Origin: Candidatus Latescibacterota bacterium
GTDB taxonomy: Bacteria > Krumholzibacteriota > Krumholzibacteriia > WVZY01
Direction of reading: 5' to 3'
DNA: 64,000 nt
NCBI GenBank assembly: GCA_963791045.1
Contig: CAWBQK010000017.1
Location: 192,001-256,000, forward strand
Below, in pieces: positions 18,784 to 27,653 of the stretch (position 1 is its first letter; every line of letters starts with the position of its first letter). The notes beneath the pieces are model-generated. The model had not been told where the DNA came from, did no database searches, and saw nothing but the letters and a program-made list of their open reading frames with translations. The translations under genes and the position numbers were made by a program.

Positions 18784-20169
18784 TTATGTTACCTCCTTTT
18801 GCGCGACGCTTTTAACCTTTAGCGTCATGCCTTTAATGCCGATGACCTGTATTTTAGTGTTGGCTGGAATCTTAGTGTCGCTGTAAGCATTCCAGAATTC
18901 TCCGTGGACGAAGACGGAACCATCACCATCGATGTCGGTTCGGGCGACACCTGTGTCCCCAAGGATACCTTTTTCACCGGTTGTCACTTTTTTGGTTTGC
19001 GCGCGAAGTCCCATGCCTACCGCGAACACGAAAAAGAGCGCGGTGAAAATTACAGCCGGTACGATGACCGACAGGGAAACGCGCATGAACGGCATCGGAG
19101 AATCGATCAACATTATTGATCCGATGATCATCGAAACCACGCCTCCAACGGTTAATAGCCCTCCGGATGGTATCTTGACTTCAAGAAGAAACATGACGAC
19201 GGCGAGAAGGATGAGGGCCAGGCCCGCGAGGTTGACCGGCAAAAGTTGAAGTGCAAAAAACGCAAGAAGAATAGATATTCCGCCCGCGACTCCGGGGAAG
19301 ATCGCCCCGGGATTCTGCAGTTCGAAAAATATTCCGAATATGCCGAGAAGGAGAAGGAGATAAGCGATATTCGGGTCGGATATTTTCGCGAGAAATTGTT
19401 CCCTCAGCGATGGATTTTCGGTTATCACGACCGCGTCGGCGGTCGCAAGCGTGGCGGGCTCACCGTTGAGTTCAACCTGGAGCCCGTCGAGCATTTCGAT
19501 GAGTTGTTCGAGGTCATCGGCGAGGAGGTCGATGACGCCGAGTTCGAGCGCTTCTTCCGCCGTTGAGGAAATACTCTCGCGGACGATTTGCTCGGCCCAC
19601 TCGACATCGCGTCCCCGTTTCTTTGCGAGGCCCCTCGCAAACGCCGCGGCGTCGTTTGTGACTTTTTCGAGCATTTCGTCATCCATCTTGCCCTGACCGA
19701 CGGGGACAGGGTGCGCGGCGCCGATGTTGGTACTCGGCGCCATCGCGACGACGTGTGACGCCAGACTTATAACGGCCCCGGCGCTCGCTGCCCGTCCACC
19801 ACTGGGATACACAAAAATAACAACGGGGACGGGACTCGCCAGGATATCTTTAATGATGCTGCGCATGGAGGCATCGAGGCCGCCCGGCGTGTCCATAGTG
19901 AAGATTATACACTCGGGCCGGAGCACGGCTGCGCTTTCGATAATTCTGTGGACGTAATCCTTGGTTACCGGGCCGATGGCGTCATTCATCTCGCCCACAA
20001 CTATGCGGCGCCCCCGGGTTTGATCCTCAGCAGTTGCCGCAGTCGGACGTAGACTTGTGAGAGTGAACGCGGCGAGGAATGAAATGAGAATGAGGAAGGG
20101 CAGGGACCGGATCGAGGAGGAAACCCCACGGAATCGGACTGCGAGATAAGTATTGGTTTTGTTGGCCAT
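18784..20169 (-). CDS. nfeD: NfeD family membrane-bound ClpP-class serine protease
   Basis: MDTPGGL, RAASAGA, NIGAAHPV, TM block, C-terminal OB fold VFVHGEFWNA; coupled to SPFH gene. Confidence 0.93.
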   Translation of the reverse strand: MANKTNTYLAVRFRGVSSSIRSLPFLILISFLAAFTLTSLRPTAATAEDQTRGRRIVVGEMNDAIGPVTKDYVHRIIESAAVLRPECIIFTMDTPGGLDASMRSIIKDILASPVPVVIFVYPSGGRAASAGAVISLASHVVAMAPSTNIGAAHPVPVGQGKMDDEMLEKVTNDAAAFARGLAKKRGRDVEWAEQIVRESISSTAEEALELGVIDLLADDLEQLIEMLDGLQVELNGEPATLATADAVVITENPSLREQFLAKISDPNIAYLLLLLGIFGIFFELQNPGAIFPGVAGGISILLAFFALQLLPVNLAGLALILLAVVMFLLEVKIPSGGLLTVGGVVSMIIGSIMLIDSPMPFMRVSLSVIVPAVIFTALFFVFAVGMGLRAQTKKVTTGEKGILGDTGVARTDIDGDGSVFVHGEFWNAYSDTKIPANTKIQVIGIKGMTLKVKSVAQKEVT

Positions 20170-20304
20170 ACCGGTACACGCTACAATACAATGAAACCAC
20201 TTTCCTGGTTTATGTTAACCGATCCAAGGGGCAAAGCAAGGGCCTTTTTGATCGCTGTTCGATTTCGATGTCCAGGGCCGAGAGACACCCGTCGTTTCGA
20301 GGTT

Positions 20305-20333
20305 TTGCAATTCCGCCGAAATTGGGATATATT
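20305..20333 (+). promoter_or_regulatory. Sigma-70-type promoter of HNH gene
   Basis: TTGCAA-N17-TATATT. Confidence 0.55.
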
Positions 20334-20381
20334 CTTTACAGATAGTAGCATCAGCGCCGAGGCTTCTCTAAAAGGAGAACT

Positions 20382-20906
20382 ATCTTCGAGAACGTTCTGG
20401 TTTTGAACGCGTCATTTGAACCGCTCAACGTGATCAATTGGAAGCGGGCGATGAAGCTCGTTTTCCTCGACAAGGTGGAAGTGCTTGAGGAATCCGATCA
20501 CGTGATTCGTTCGACAACACTGTCGATGCGCGTCCCCGCCGTGATTCGTCTGGTTCGTTTTGTTCGGTTTCGGCGATGGGATGTTAAATTTTCGCGGCAA
20601 AACATTTATGCGCGGGACAAGTACCGGTGCCAGTACTGCGGCGAGGAGTTCGCGCCCAAAGACCTCACCTGCGATCACGTCATTCCGAGATCGCAGGGTG
20701 GCCCGACAGAGTGGACCAATATTGTTGCCAGCTGCGGCAAGTGCAATCGCAAGAAGGGCGGAATGACTCCGGCACAGGCCGGGCTTCGGTTGTTGAAGAA
20801 TCCGTCACGGCCAAGCTGGTTGATAGCATTCAAGACACGGTTCAAGGCGAAGGAACCGCCCGACGAGTGGCGCGAGTACTTGTTCGGAATGGGGAGAGGG
20901 AATTGA
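20382..20906 (+). CDS. HNH endonuclease (McrA-like); start uncertain (ATC 20382 or TTG 20403)
   Basis: VLVLNASFEPL; RDKYRCQYCG; DHVIPRSQGG..WTNIVASCGKCNRKKG. Confidence 0.9.
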   Translation: MFENVLVLNASFEPLNVINWKRAMKLVFLDKVEVLEESDHVIRSTTLSMRVPAVIRLVRFVRFRRWDVKFSRQNIYARDKYRCQYCGEEFAPKDLTCDHVIPRSQGGPTEWTNIVASCGKCNRKKGGMTPAQAGLRLLKNPSRPSWLIAFKTRFKAKEPPDEWREYLFGMGRGN

Positions 20907-20939
20907 GAACCCGGAAACGAGTGTGGGGAAGGTGGAGGA

Positions 20940-21028
20940 TGGTGCCGGAGGTCGGAATCGAACCGACACGGAGCTAAGGCTCCGGGGGATTTTGAGTCCC
21001 CTGCGTCTACCAATTTCACCACTCCGGC
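20940..21028 (-). tRNA. tRNA-Leu(CAA)
   Basis: GCCGGAGTGGTGAAATTGGTAGACGCAGGGGA-CT-CAA-AA-TCCCC, long variable arm, GGTTCGATTCC, encoded CCA. Confidence 0.97.
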
Positions 21029-21166
21029 ACAATGGTTCGCGGGCCGTCCGGAAGACGCCATTGCCATGTTAATGACATAACCTGCTTATTGTCAAGGCCC
21101 TTCGGAACATCACGTCCTTCTTTTGGACTTGACTTCGGAGTTTGTTTTGATAAGGTTGTTGCTCGT

Positions 21167-21242
21167 GGGGTTGTAGCTCAGCTGGGAGAGCACTTGACTG
21201 GCAGTCAAGAGGTCACGGGTTCGAACCCCGTCAACTCCACCA
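21167..21242 (+). tRNA. tRNA-Ala(GGC)
   Basis: GGGGTTGTAGCTCAG...CTTGA-CT-GGC-AG-TCAAG...GGTTCGAACCC...CCA; 76 nt; G3:U70 pair. Confidence 0.97.
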
Positions 21243-21258
21243 ACTTTTTGCTCCCACG

Positions 21259-21292
21259 GAACCGGGTTCCGTCGTCTGGTGGAACCCGGTTC
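21259..21292 (+). terminator. Strong hairpin after tRNA-Ala (terminator or processing signal; no clear U-tract)
   Basis: GAACCGGGTTCC-N10-GGAACCCGGTTC. Confidence 0.5.
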
Positions 21293-21366
21293 TCCAGGGT
21301 TCACGCTCTCGGAGATGACCGAAGAGACAGGGTAATTGTCAAGGATCACGGGAGAGTGACTGATAC

Positions 21367-22806
21367 GTGGCGACGTTCGTTTGTATTTTCGAGGACAAGA
21401 AGTTTTCCAACTTCTTGCCGTTGTCGTTGAGCCAGCCTGTTTTCGATCTCCGCATTGGCTTCAATAACCTCCGTACACGTCTTCAGGATGACATTGGATC
21501 TGAAAAATTGGGTGTACTCTGCCGCGATTATCTCGCGTCGGTCGTTGAGGCACGCGACGGGACAATCTTGGTAAACAAGGACCCGGAAGGCGAGTCGATT
21601 TTCATCAACGGCCGGCTCCTCTGCTATGCAGAGGAACTGGCGGAGATTCTGGAGAAAATTCCGAACGGCGGGATCGCCGTCAAGGGCGGCTACGTGGTTG
21701 CGGGCAAGCTCGAAGGGGAGGCGGCGACGGATTTTGCCGCGTACATCAAGCGGCGGATTTCCGAGGATACGATCGGCCAGCTTTGTGACGAGCTTAACGG
21801 CTATGTTACCACCGACGCGAAGAAGGAGAACGGAACCAAGAAGAAACGGACAGTCCCTCTTCAGGAAGCCGATGAAGGTACATACGAAGATGACCATGCG
21901 CTGGGTCAGGACAACCTGGCGGAAAAACTCCCAAAACAACTCCTCGATTTGATCGACAAGCACAACCTCAAAAGAGTGGATATGCCGGAGGCTCGGCTCT
22001 TGTCGTTCACCTGGCAGATGATCGAGGAGAACCCGAAGGTTATCGAGGACGATTTTCAAAAATCACCGTTTCGTGGACAGTCGGAAGAAGCGGTGGTGTA
22101 CCCGGGTGTGCGGATGGTGGGTGAGGAGAATATTCTCCTTGGCGAAGGTGTGGTGATCAAGCCGGGCGTGGTCCTCGACGCGTCGTCGGGGCCGATCGTC
22201 ATAAATGATGGAAGCACCATTATGGCAAATGCCCTGGTTCTCGGTCCAACCTATGTTGGGCGTGGAAGCATCATCAAAGCCGGGGCAAAGATACTTGAGG
22301 GTACCTCGGTGGGCGACGTGTGTAAGATCGGGGGCGAAGTCGATTCTACGATATTTGGGAACTGGACGAACAAACAGCATGACGGCTTCCTCGGTCATTC
22401 TTATCTCGGCGAATGGGTCAACATCGGGGCGGGTTCGAACAACAGCGATTTAAAAAACAATTACAGCGCGGTTCGAATGTGGTGTGGGGGGATGATTAGG
22501 GAAACAGGCCGGCAGTTCCTCGGACTCATAATGGGTGACCACACGAAGGTGGGGATCGGAACACTCTTCAACTCCGGGACTGTCGTCGGTTTCAACTGCA
22601 ATGTGTTCGGGAATGAAATGGTGCAAAAATTTGTCCCAAGTTATTCGTGGGGACACGGCCGAGGCGTGTCCGATTACGCTCTTGAAAAAGCGATGCTGAC
22701 GGCACAGGTAGTGATGGAAAGACGTGATGTGAAGTATGTGGAGGCATACCAAAACCTGTTTCAGAAGATTTCTGAACTTTCTCAGCGGTCCGGCCGGAAC
22801 ATCTGA
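21367..22806 (+). CDS. GlmU-related putative sugar nucleotidyl/acetyltransferase (Bacteroidota-type alternative GlmU family)
   Basis: N-terminal FLPLSLSQPVFDLRIG; hexapeptide repeats; KIGGEV, NKQHDGFLGHSYLGEWVNIGAG, SDLKNNY. Confidence 0.85.
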   Translation: MATFVCIFEDKKFSNFLPLSLSQPVFDLRIGFNNLRTRLQDDIGSEKLGVLCRDYLASVVEARDGTILVNKDPEGESIFINGRLLCYAEELAEILEKIPNGGIAVKGGYVVAGKLEGEAATDFAAYIKRRISEDTIGQLCDELNGYVTTDAKKENGTKKKRTVPLQEADEGTYEDDHALGQDNLAEKLPKQLLDLIDKHNLKRVDMPEARLLSFTWQMIEENPKVIEDDFQKSPFRGQSEEAVVYPGVRMVGEENILLGEGVVIKPGVVLDASSGPIVINDGSTIMANALVLGPTYVGRGSIIKAGAKILEGTSVGDVCKIGGEVDSTIFGNWTNKQHDGFLGHSYLGEWVNIGAGSNNSDLKNNYSAVRMWCGGMIRETGRQFLGLIMGDHTKVGIGTLFNSGTVVGFNCNVFGNEMVQKFVPSYSWGHGRGVSDYALEKAMLTAQVVMERRDVKYVEAYQNLFQKISELSQRSGRNI

Positions 22807-23148
22807 CCGCGGCAAACCCTTCCCGGTACTAACCCGATACGAAAAGATCCTACTCGATTTAACCACGCCGTCTGACGGCTCCACCGGCGATTTACTCCGC
22901 GTGCGCGATAGTCGTCGGTCATCCTCACCCAGATCCCTTGAATTCCTGGTACGCTCTATATCATTGAAAGAACAATAAGTTAGGCAACGATGATTTTTGT
23001 CCTGGGTGCAACCCCGCAGGGGCGTAGTACCGGCAGGGGCGCCGTTTTCGATGGAGATCTTACCTGCGTGTTCGTAACTGTATGAATGCCAATCGGGTAG
23101 CATTGAGGCGGTGATAGCTTGTGTCGCGATGCGGCGCCTTTGATGCCG

Positions 23149-23164
23149 CGGCACGTACCTTGAT
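23149..23164 (+). promoter_or_regulatory. Possible sigma-54 -24/-12 promoter
   Basis: CGGCACG-TACC-TTGAT (consensus TGGCACG-N4-TTGC). Confidence 0.45.
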
Positions 23165-23174
23165 ATAGCCAGGG

Positions 23175-23287
23175 TGACATCAAATAAGACCCTGCCTTAC
23201 AGGTGAGTTGCTTTGGCATAGGCCCATTCCTCAAGGTAAATGCTGTTCAGCGAGTCCAGGCACACGGTAAGGCGGGGATCTTTTTTT
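23175..23287 (+). ncRNA. Candidate small RNA (~110 nt long hairpin plus U7)
   Basis: 11-bp stem CCCUGCCUUAC(23190-23200)/GUAAGGCGGGG(23267-23277), further internal pairing, T7 run at 23281-23287. Confidence 0.5.
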
Positions 23288-23329
23288 CCCCCTGAAATCC
23301 ACTCCGACTCTCCGCAGCAACGACCTCGA

Positions 23330-23359
23330 TTGACACCGTTTCCACCACTTTGCTATTGT
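23330..23359 (+). promoter_or_regulatory. Sigma-70-type promoter of sppA
   Basis: TTGACA-N18-TATTGT with TG extension. Confidence 0.6.
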
Positions 23360-23425
23360 AAGACTGTTCGTTCTCCCTGCTGACTGCTTCGGCGTAGTTA
23401 TTATTTATCCGATAGAAGGCATTTC

Positions 23426-24303
23426 ATGGCTCAAAAAGGCAATCTCCTGTTTTTGGTTTTGTTTGGTATCGCACTCGCTGTGACGGTATTCGTGGCCATG
23501 GTGTATATCGCCTTTGTGTTCGTGTCGGACAGCGACGTGGCGTTCGGAGACGCAGTTGCCGTCGTCGACATCACCGGGGTGCTGAGTTACGATCTGAGCA
23601 AGATCCAGGAGATCGAGGGATACCGCGACAACGACAACGTCAAGGCCGTCTTGTTGTTCATAAATAGCCCCGGAGGTGGGGTCGCGGCCTCGCAGGCGCT
23701 CTACCACGCCGTTGAGACGTTGCGTGAGGTCAAACCCGTGGTCGCGATGATGGGATCCGTCGCGGCTTCCGGCGGATACTACGTGGCGTGCGCGGCGGAC
23801 ACGATCCTGGCCCACGAGGGAACGATTACAGGGAGCATTGGTGTATTGGCGGAGTATCTCCGTACGGAGGAGCTCTATCACAAGATCGGGCTCGACGTCA
23901 TCGTGCTCAAGTCGGGCAAAGTACAAGGATGTAGGATCGCAACACCGGGCGATGACCGGTGATGAAAAGGCCTACCTGGGGCAGCTCCTGGACACCGTCT
24001 ACGACCAGTTCGTGGAGGCAGTGGCCGAGGGGCGGGGGATGAACGTTCGGCAGGTCCGACGGCTGGCCGAAGGCCGGCTATACTCCGGGGAAGAGGCCGT
24101 TGAGGTCGGTCTGGTGGATCAGATAGGAACGTACGAGATGGCGCTGGAAATCGCTGCCGAAATGGGGGGTATCGAGGGCAGTCCGCGGGTGTTGAAGAGA
24201 CAGATCAGAAGGCCACTGGTGGAGAGGATTTTGGGGCAATCGGTGCCTGCCTTGCCGCTGACCGCGGGATGACCGGGTCAGCCTCAAATATATAATCCCG
24301 TAA
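23426..24303 (+). CDS. sppA: Signal peptide peptidase SppA (S49), interrupted by apparent frameshift(s)
   Basis: INSPGG, VAASGGYY and TGSIGV in ORF 23426..23962; KYKD...GRLYSGEEA..GLVDQIG in ORF 23838..24272; shift at ~23918; a probable second shift near 24265 would give C-terminus ..DRVSLKYIIP*. Confidence 0.85.
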
Positions 24304-24311
24304 ATTATTAT

Positions 24312-24340
24312 TTGACACCACCTCACTTGTATGCTAGTTT
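24312..24340 (+). promoter_or_regulatory. Sigma-70-type promoter of ihfB operon
   Basis: TTGACA-N17-TAGTTT with TG extension. Confidence 0.6.
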
Positions 24341-24479
24341 GTTGTCGCTGGCTGATCGGGTTCTATTTGCCCCGCCACGAGGTGCAGCAGACCTCAGGTT
24401 AGACGAGTCGTCTATGGCCGGGGGGGCCGGAGCCGTCTTTCAGGGAGAGAAATCCCACAACAAGACGAGGTGAAGGATA

Positions 24480-24767
24480 ATGACAAAAGCCGATTTGGTG
24501 GAAGAGATTTCGAGGCAAACGGGACTGAACAAAAAGGACACCAGCATCGTTGTAAACGAAATCATCGCAAACATTTGTCGTGCGCTTGCCGAAGGCGACA
24601 AAGTTGAGCTGCGTGGCTTTGGAAGTTTTAAAGTTAAAGAGCGTCGTGCTCGAAAAGCGAGAAACCCCAGAACGGGTGCGGGTGTCTTCGTTCCCGCCAA
24701 ACTCGTTCCATACTTCAAAGCATCGAACGAACTGAAGTCGCGGGTCAATCACGACCAAAGCGAATAG
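24480..24767 (+). CDS. ihfB: HU/IHF family DNA-binding protein (IHF-beta-like)
   Basis: MTKADLV, VELRGFGSF, ARNPRTG, VPYFKAS; follows sppA as is common for ihfB. Confidence 0.85.
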   Translation: MTKADLVEEISRQTGLNKKDTSIVVNEIIANICRALAEGDKVELRGFGSFKVKERRARKARNPRTGAGVFVPAKLVPYFKASNELKSRVNHDQSE

Positions 24768-24788
24768 CATCGAAAGGGTTGCAAAGAT

Positions 24789-24881
24789 ATGCCTTGTGGG
24801 AGAAAAAGAAAAAGAAAAAAGATAGCGACTCACAAACGCAAGAAAAGATTGCGGAAGAACCGGCACAAGAAGAAGAAGTAA
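24789..24881 (+). CDS. 30-aa basic ribosomal protein bS22 (AURKAIP1/COX24/mS38 family)
   Basis: Below ORF-track cutoff; manual translation MPCGRKRKRKKIATHKRKKRLRKNRHKKKK. Confidence 0.88.
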   Translation: MPCGRKRKRKKIATHKRKKRLRKNRHKKKK

Positions 24882-25012
24882 TACAACGCCGTTGATGCCG
24901 ACTTATTCGGGTGGCATGAGCGTGTCGCCCTTTGAAATTACCGTCAGTTCAGCCGGCGCCTGGGTCGGCTGAACGTTGACGGTTATGCACTGAACATAAC
25001 AGCGGTTTATAC

Positions 25013-25381
25013 ATGTCATCTGCAGAACGTCGAAAAGCAGTCAGAGCGCCCGCCAAGCTTGCCATGGAAATCAAGCTCGGGGGGGCGGACTTCGGCCAGC
25101 TCAAAACGATCAATGTGAGCGCAAACGGCGTGTACTTCTCGTCTCCCAGCTTTATCCCTCCTTTGACGCGGCTGGAGATTATTCTGCTGATACCTGAAAA
25201 GCTCGATGGGTCTTCGTCGAAAAAGTGCGAGGTATCGTGCGAGGGCGTTGTTGTCCGTACGGAGCCCGAAGCTGAGGACAAGGCCGTTTCCGCGTACGAT
25301 GTAGCTTGTTATTTTACATCGATCACGGATCATGATCGCGGGCACCTCGAGTCATATATTCTCACCCAACTTTCTTTCTAA
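25013..25381 (+). CDS. Stand-alone PilZ-domain protein
   Basis: RRKAVR (RxxxR) and NVSANG (D/NxSxxG) c-di-GMP-binding motifs. Confidence 0.85.
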   Translation: MSSAERRKAVRAPAKLAMEIKLGGADFGQLKTINVSANGVYFSSPSFIPPLTRLEIILLIPEKLDGSSSKKCEVSCEGVVVRTEPEAEDKAVSAYDVACYFTSITDHDRGHLESYILTQLSF

Positions 25382-25498
25382 CAACAACTCACCCAGATTT
25401 GCCGGGCACAATTATCCGACCCCGGCGGACCTACGTCTTTTTCGGAGGATATTTGGGTTGATGCCCTGCGGATGGTGTGGTAAAGAACTATCCAGTGC

Positions 25499-27652
25499 TT
25501 GGAAGTCATTCCACTCGGCCAGCATGAAATGGAGAGCATGGATCCCACCGAAGAATTCAACAAGTCCTTGACCAAACAGGTGTTGCTCGTCTCGCGTGAT
25601 GCGATTTGCGGGGAGGGCCTGAAGAATTTCCTCGAGGGCTCCGGTGTTGACGTCGGGATGGTTGATTCGGCGGTTCAAGCCTTCGATATCCTCGAGCACA
25701 GCGCGCACCATGTCGTTTTTGTCGATGCGGACTGCGTCGGCAAAGATACCGGACGATTCGTTTCGCAGCTTAGAAAACGGCACCCCGACCGTGTGGTCAT
25801 GGTCGCTGCTACCAGGCCCTCCAGCACGTTATTGATCAAATTGATTCATGCCGGCGTCCAGCATTTTGTTCCCAAGCCACTCGACGAGAAGAAGGTGGCG
25901 GGGACGGTGCGGACGATTTGTGAGAGGCGGGAGCAGGCCGCAGCCGCATTCATTGCCGGAAACAAATCGGGTTCCGCCATAACGAGTCGTCCCGGGGGCA
26001 TGTCGAATGAAATTCACCTGGCCAATCAGCAGCTGCAGAACGCCAACGAGACGCTCCGAAAGCAAGTTTCCCAACTGACGATTCTCTATCAGATGGGGAG
26101 AGATATTTCTGAGAACGAAAACTGGAGCGACGCCCTCGATCGTTTTCTTATGGCGCTGGTCAATTATGGAAAAGCGGACGGTGCATCGTTACTTTTGTTT
26201 AGCGGAAATCAAACACGTCTCGCGCCGCGAACAAACTTTCAAATAGACCCGTTACAACTCGAACAGGTTTGCGACACGCTGCTCGCCGAATGGGGGGAGA
26301 ACCCGCGCGGTTCCGAAATCCATTCGATCGAGAGCTACGAAGATAGGATATTCAATACGTGTCTTGAAAGGTTAAACCGCTGGCGTATGACGATTGTCCC
26401 CCTCAGGTACAGAAACCGCTGGTGGGGATTCCTTCTCGTAGAAAAAACCTACAAATCGAGTCATCAATTCCGGATTGACTACCCGTTTCTCACCACAATC
26501 CAAACGATCCTCGCCGAAGAAGTGGCGAACGCGTCCTATATTAGCGATCTTCGTCAACTCACTCGCTTCAACCAGAATGTCCTCGACAACATAAACAGTG
26601 GAGTGATTACCACCGATCTGGACGGATATGTTTTGTTCTGGAATCATCTCGCGCACCAGATGTGTCCAAAACTTGTTGGCGGCAGTCGAGTTCACTTTGA
26701 TGAGCTTTTCAGGCACCCTGACTTTCCTTCCGGGATAACGGACGGAATGATGGGTTCGGATGCCGACACGCGTTCACTCGAGGTCGTTTACCTTGGGGAT
26801 CGAGACCAGGAATACCCCGCGCGGATAAGCATTGCGAGAATGCACGACGACAATTTGAACGGAACGGTCCTCGTGGGGATTTTTGAGGATCTGACGGAAC
26901 AGAGACGGCTCGAAGCGGCGGTGCGCAGGAACGATCGGCTTCGCGTCCTTGGTCAGCTTTCGGCAAGCGTGGCCCACGAAATCAGAAACCCGCTCACGGG
27001 AATTGCGACCAGCGCCGAGATACTTGGGAAACGAGTCGGCGAAGAGAACACAAAGTATGTGCGGGCGATCCTGGACGAAACCAATCGGCTCGACGGCATT
27101 ATCCGGGATCTGCTCAATTTCGCCAGGCCGGCGAAACCGCAGATGGGTCCGTGCGCGTTGGGAGACGTTTCGGGGCGGGTGATTAATCTCGTTTCCGACC
27201 AGGCGGCAAAAAAAGGTGTGGATATAAACGTTCAGGATGAGCTCGACAACGATATGTGTACGGCCGACGCAAACCAGCTTACACAAGTTCTGCTCAACCT
27301 GGTATTGAACGCCGTCGACGTGTGTTCCGATGGCGATTGTGTCGAGATATCTCTGAGCAGGGAAGCGGCGGCTGGAGATCAGAGTCACGGATACGCGCGA
27401 ATCGATGTGTCGGACACCGGTCCCGGTGTTCCTGATACCATTCGCGGCACGCTGTTCGATCCATTTGTAACAACAAAGACTCATGGAACCGGGCTTGGGT
27501 TGGCGATAAGTCAGCAGATCGTCGAGGAGCACCGGGGAGAGATTCGGTGTGAGTTCTTGAAGAACGGAACACGTTTCACTATCCGTTTGCCTCTCGAAAA
27601 AACGAAGTTCGTTTCGAAGGGGCACGTAAATCGTAAAGCAGGGGAGCATTGA
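25499..27652 (+). CDS. Cytoplasmic hybrid sensor histidine kinase (REC-coil-GAF-PAS-HisKA-HATPase); exact start uncertain
   Basis: REC (VFVDAD..FVPKP); VAHEIRNPL; QVLLNLVLNA; DTGPG; FDPFVTTK..GTGLGL; no TM segment seen. Confidence 0.92.
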   Translation: MEVIPLGQHEMESMDPTEEFNKSLTKQVLLVSRDAICGEGLKNFLEGSGVDVGMVDSAVQAFDILEHSAHHVVFVDADCVGKDTGRFVSQLRKRHPDRVVMVAATRPSSTLLIKLIHAGVQHFVPKPLDEKKVAGTVRTICERREQAAAAFIAGNKSGSAITSRPGGMSNEIHLANQQLQNANETLRKQVSQLTILYQMGRDISENENWSDALDRFLMALVNYGKADGASLLLFSGNQTRLAPRTNFQIDPLQLEQVCDTLLAEWGENPRGSEIHSIESYEDRIFNTCLERLNRWRMTIVPLRYRNRWWGFLLVEKTYKSSHQFRIDYPFLTTIQTILAEEVANASYISDLRQLTRFNQNVLDNINSGVITTDLDGYVLFWNHLAHQMCPKLVGGSRVHFDELFRHPDFPSGITDGMMGSDADTRSLEVVYLGDRDQEYPARISIARMHDDNLNGTVLVGIFEDLTEQRRLEAAVRRNDRLRVLGQLSASVAHEIRNPLTGIATSAEILGKRVGEENTKYVRAILDETNRLDGIIRDLLNFARPAKPQMGPCALGDVSGRVINLVSDQAAKKGVDINVQDELDNDMCTADANQLTQVLLNLVLNAVDVCSDGDCVEISLSREAAAGDQSHGYARIDVSDTGPGVPDTIRGTLFDPFVTTKTHGTGLGLAISQQIVEEHRGEIRCEFLKNGTRFTIRLPLEKTKFVSKGHVNRKAGEH

Positions 27653-27653
27653 T

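Noticed and set aside
20382-21242. HNH gene next to a tRNA 3' end as an integrated element
   Set aside because: No integrase, no duplicated tRNA end and no evident composition shift; this HNH type is usually stand-alone.
22980-23234. 84-aa minus-strand ORF
   Set aside because: No recognisable features; overlaps the structured RNA candidate. Cannot be fully excluded.
23175-23287. SRP RNA or 6S RNA
   Set aside because: No SRP domain-IV AGG/GNRA/AGCA motif; too short for 6S.
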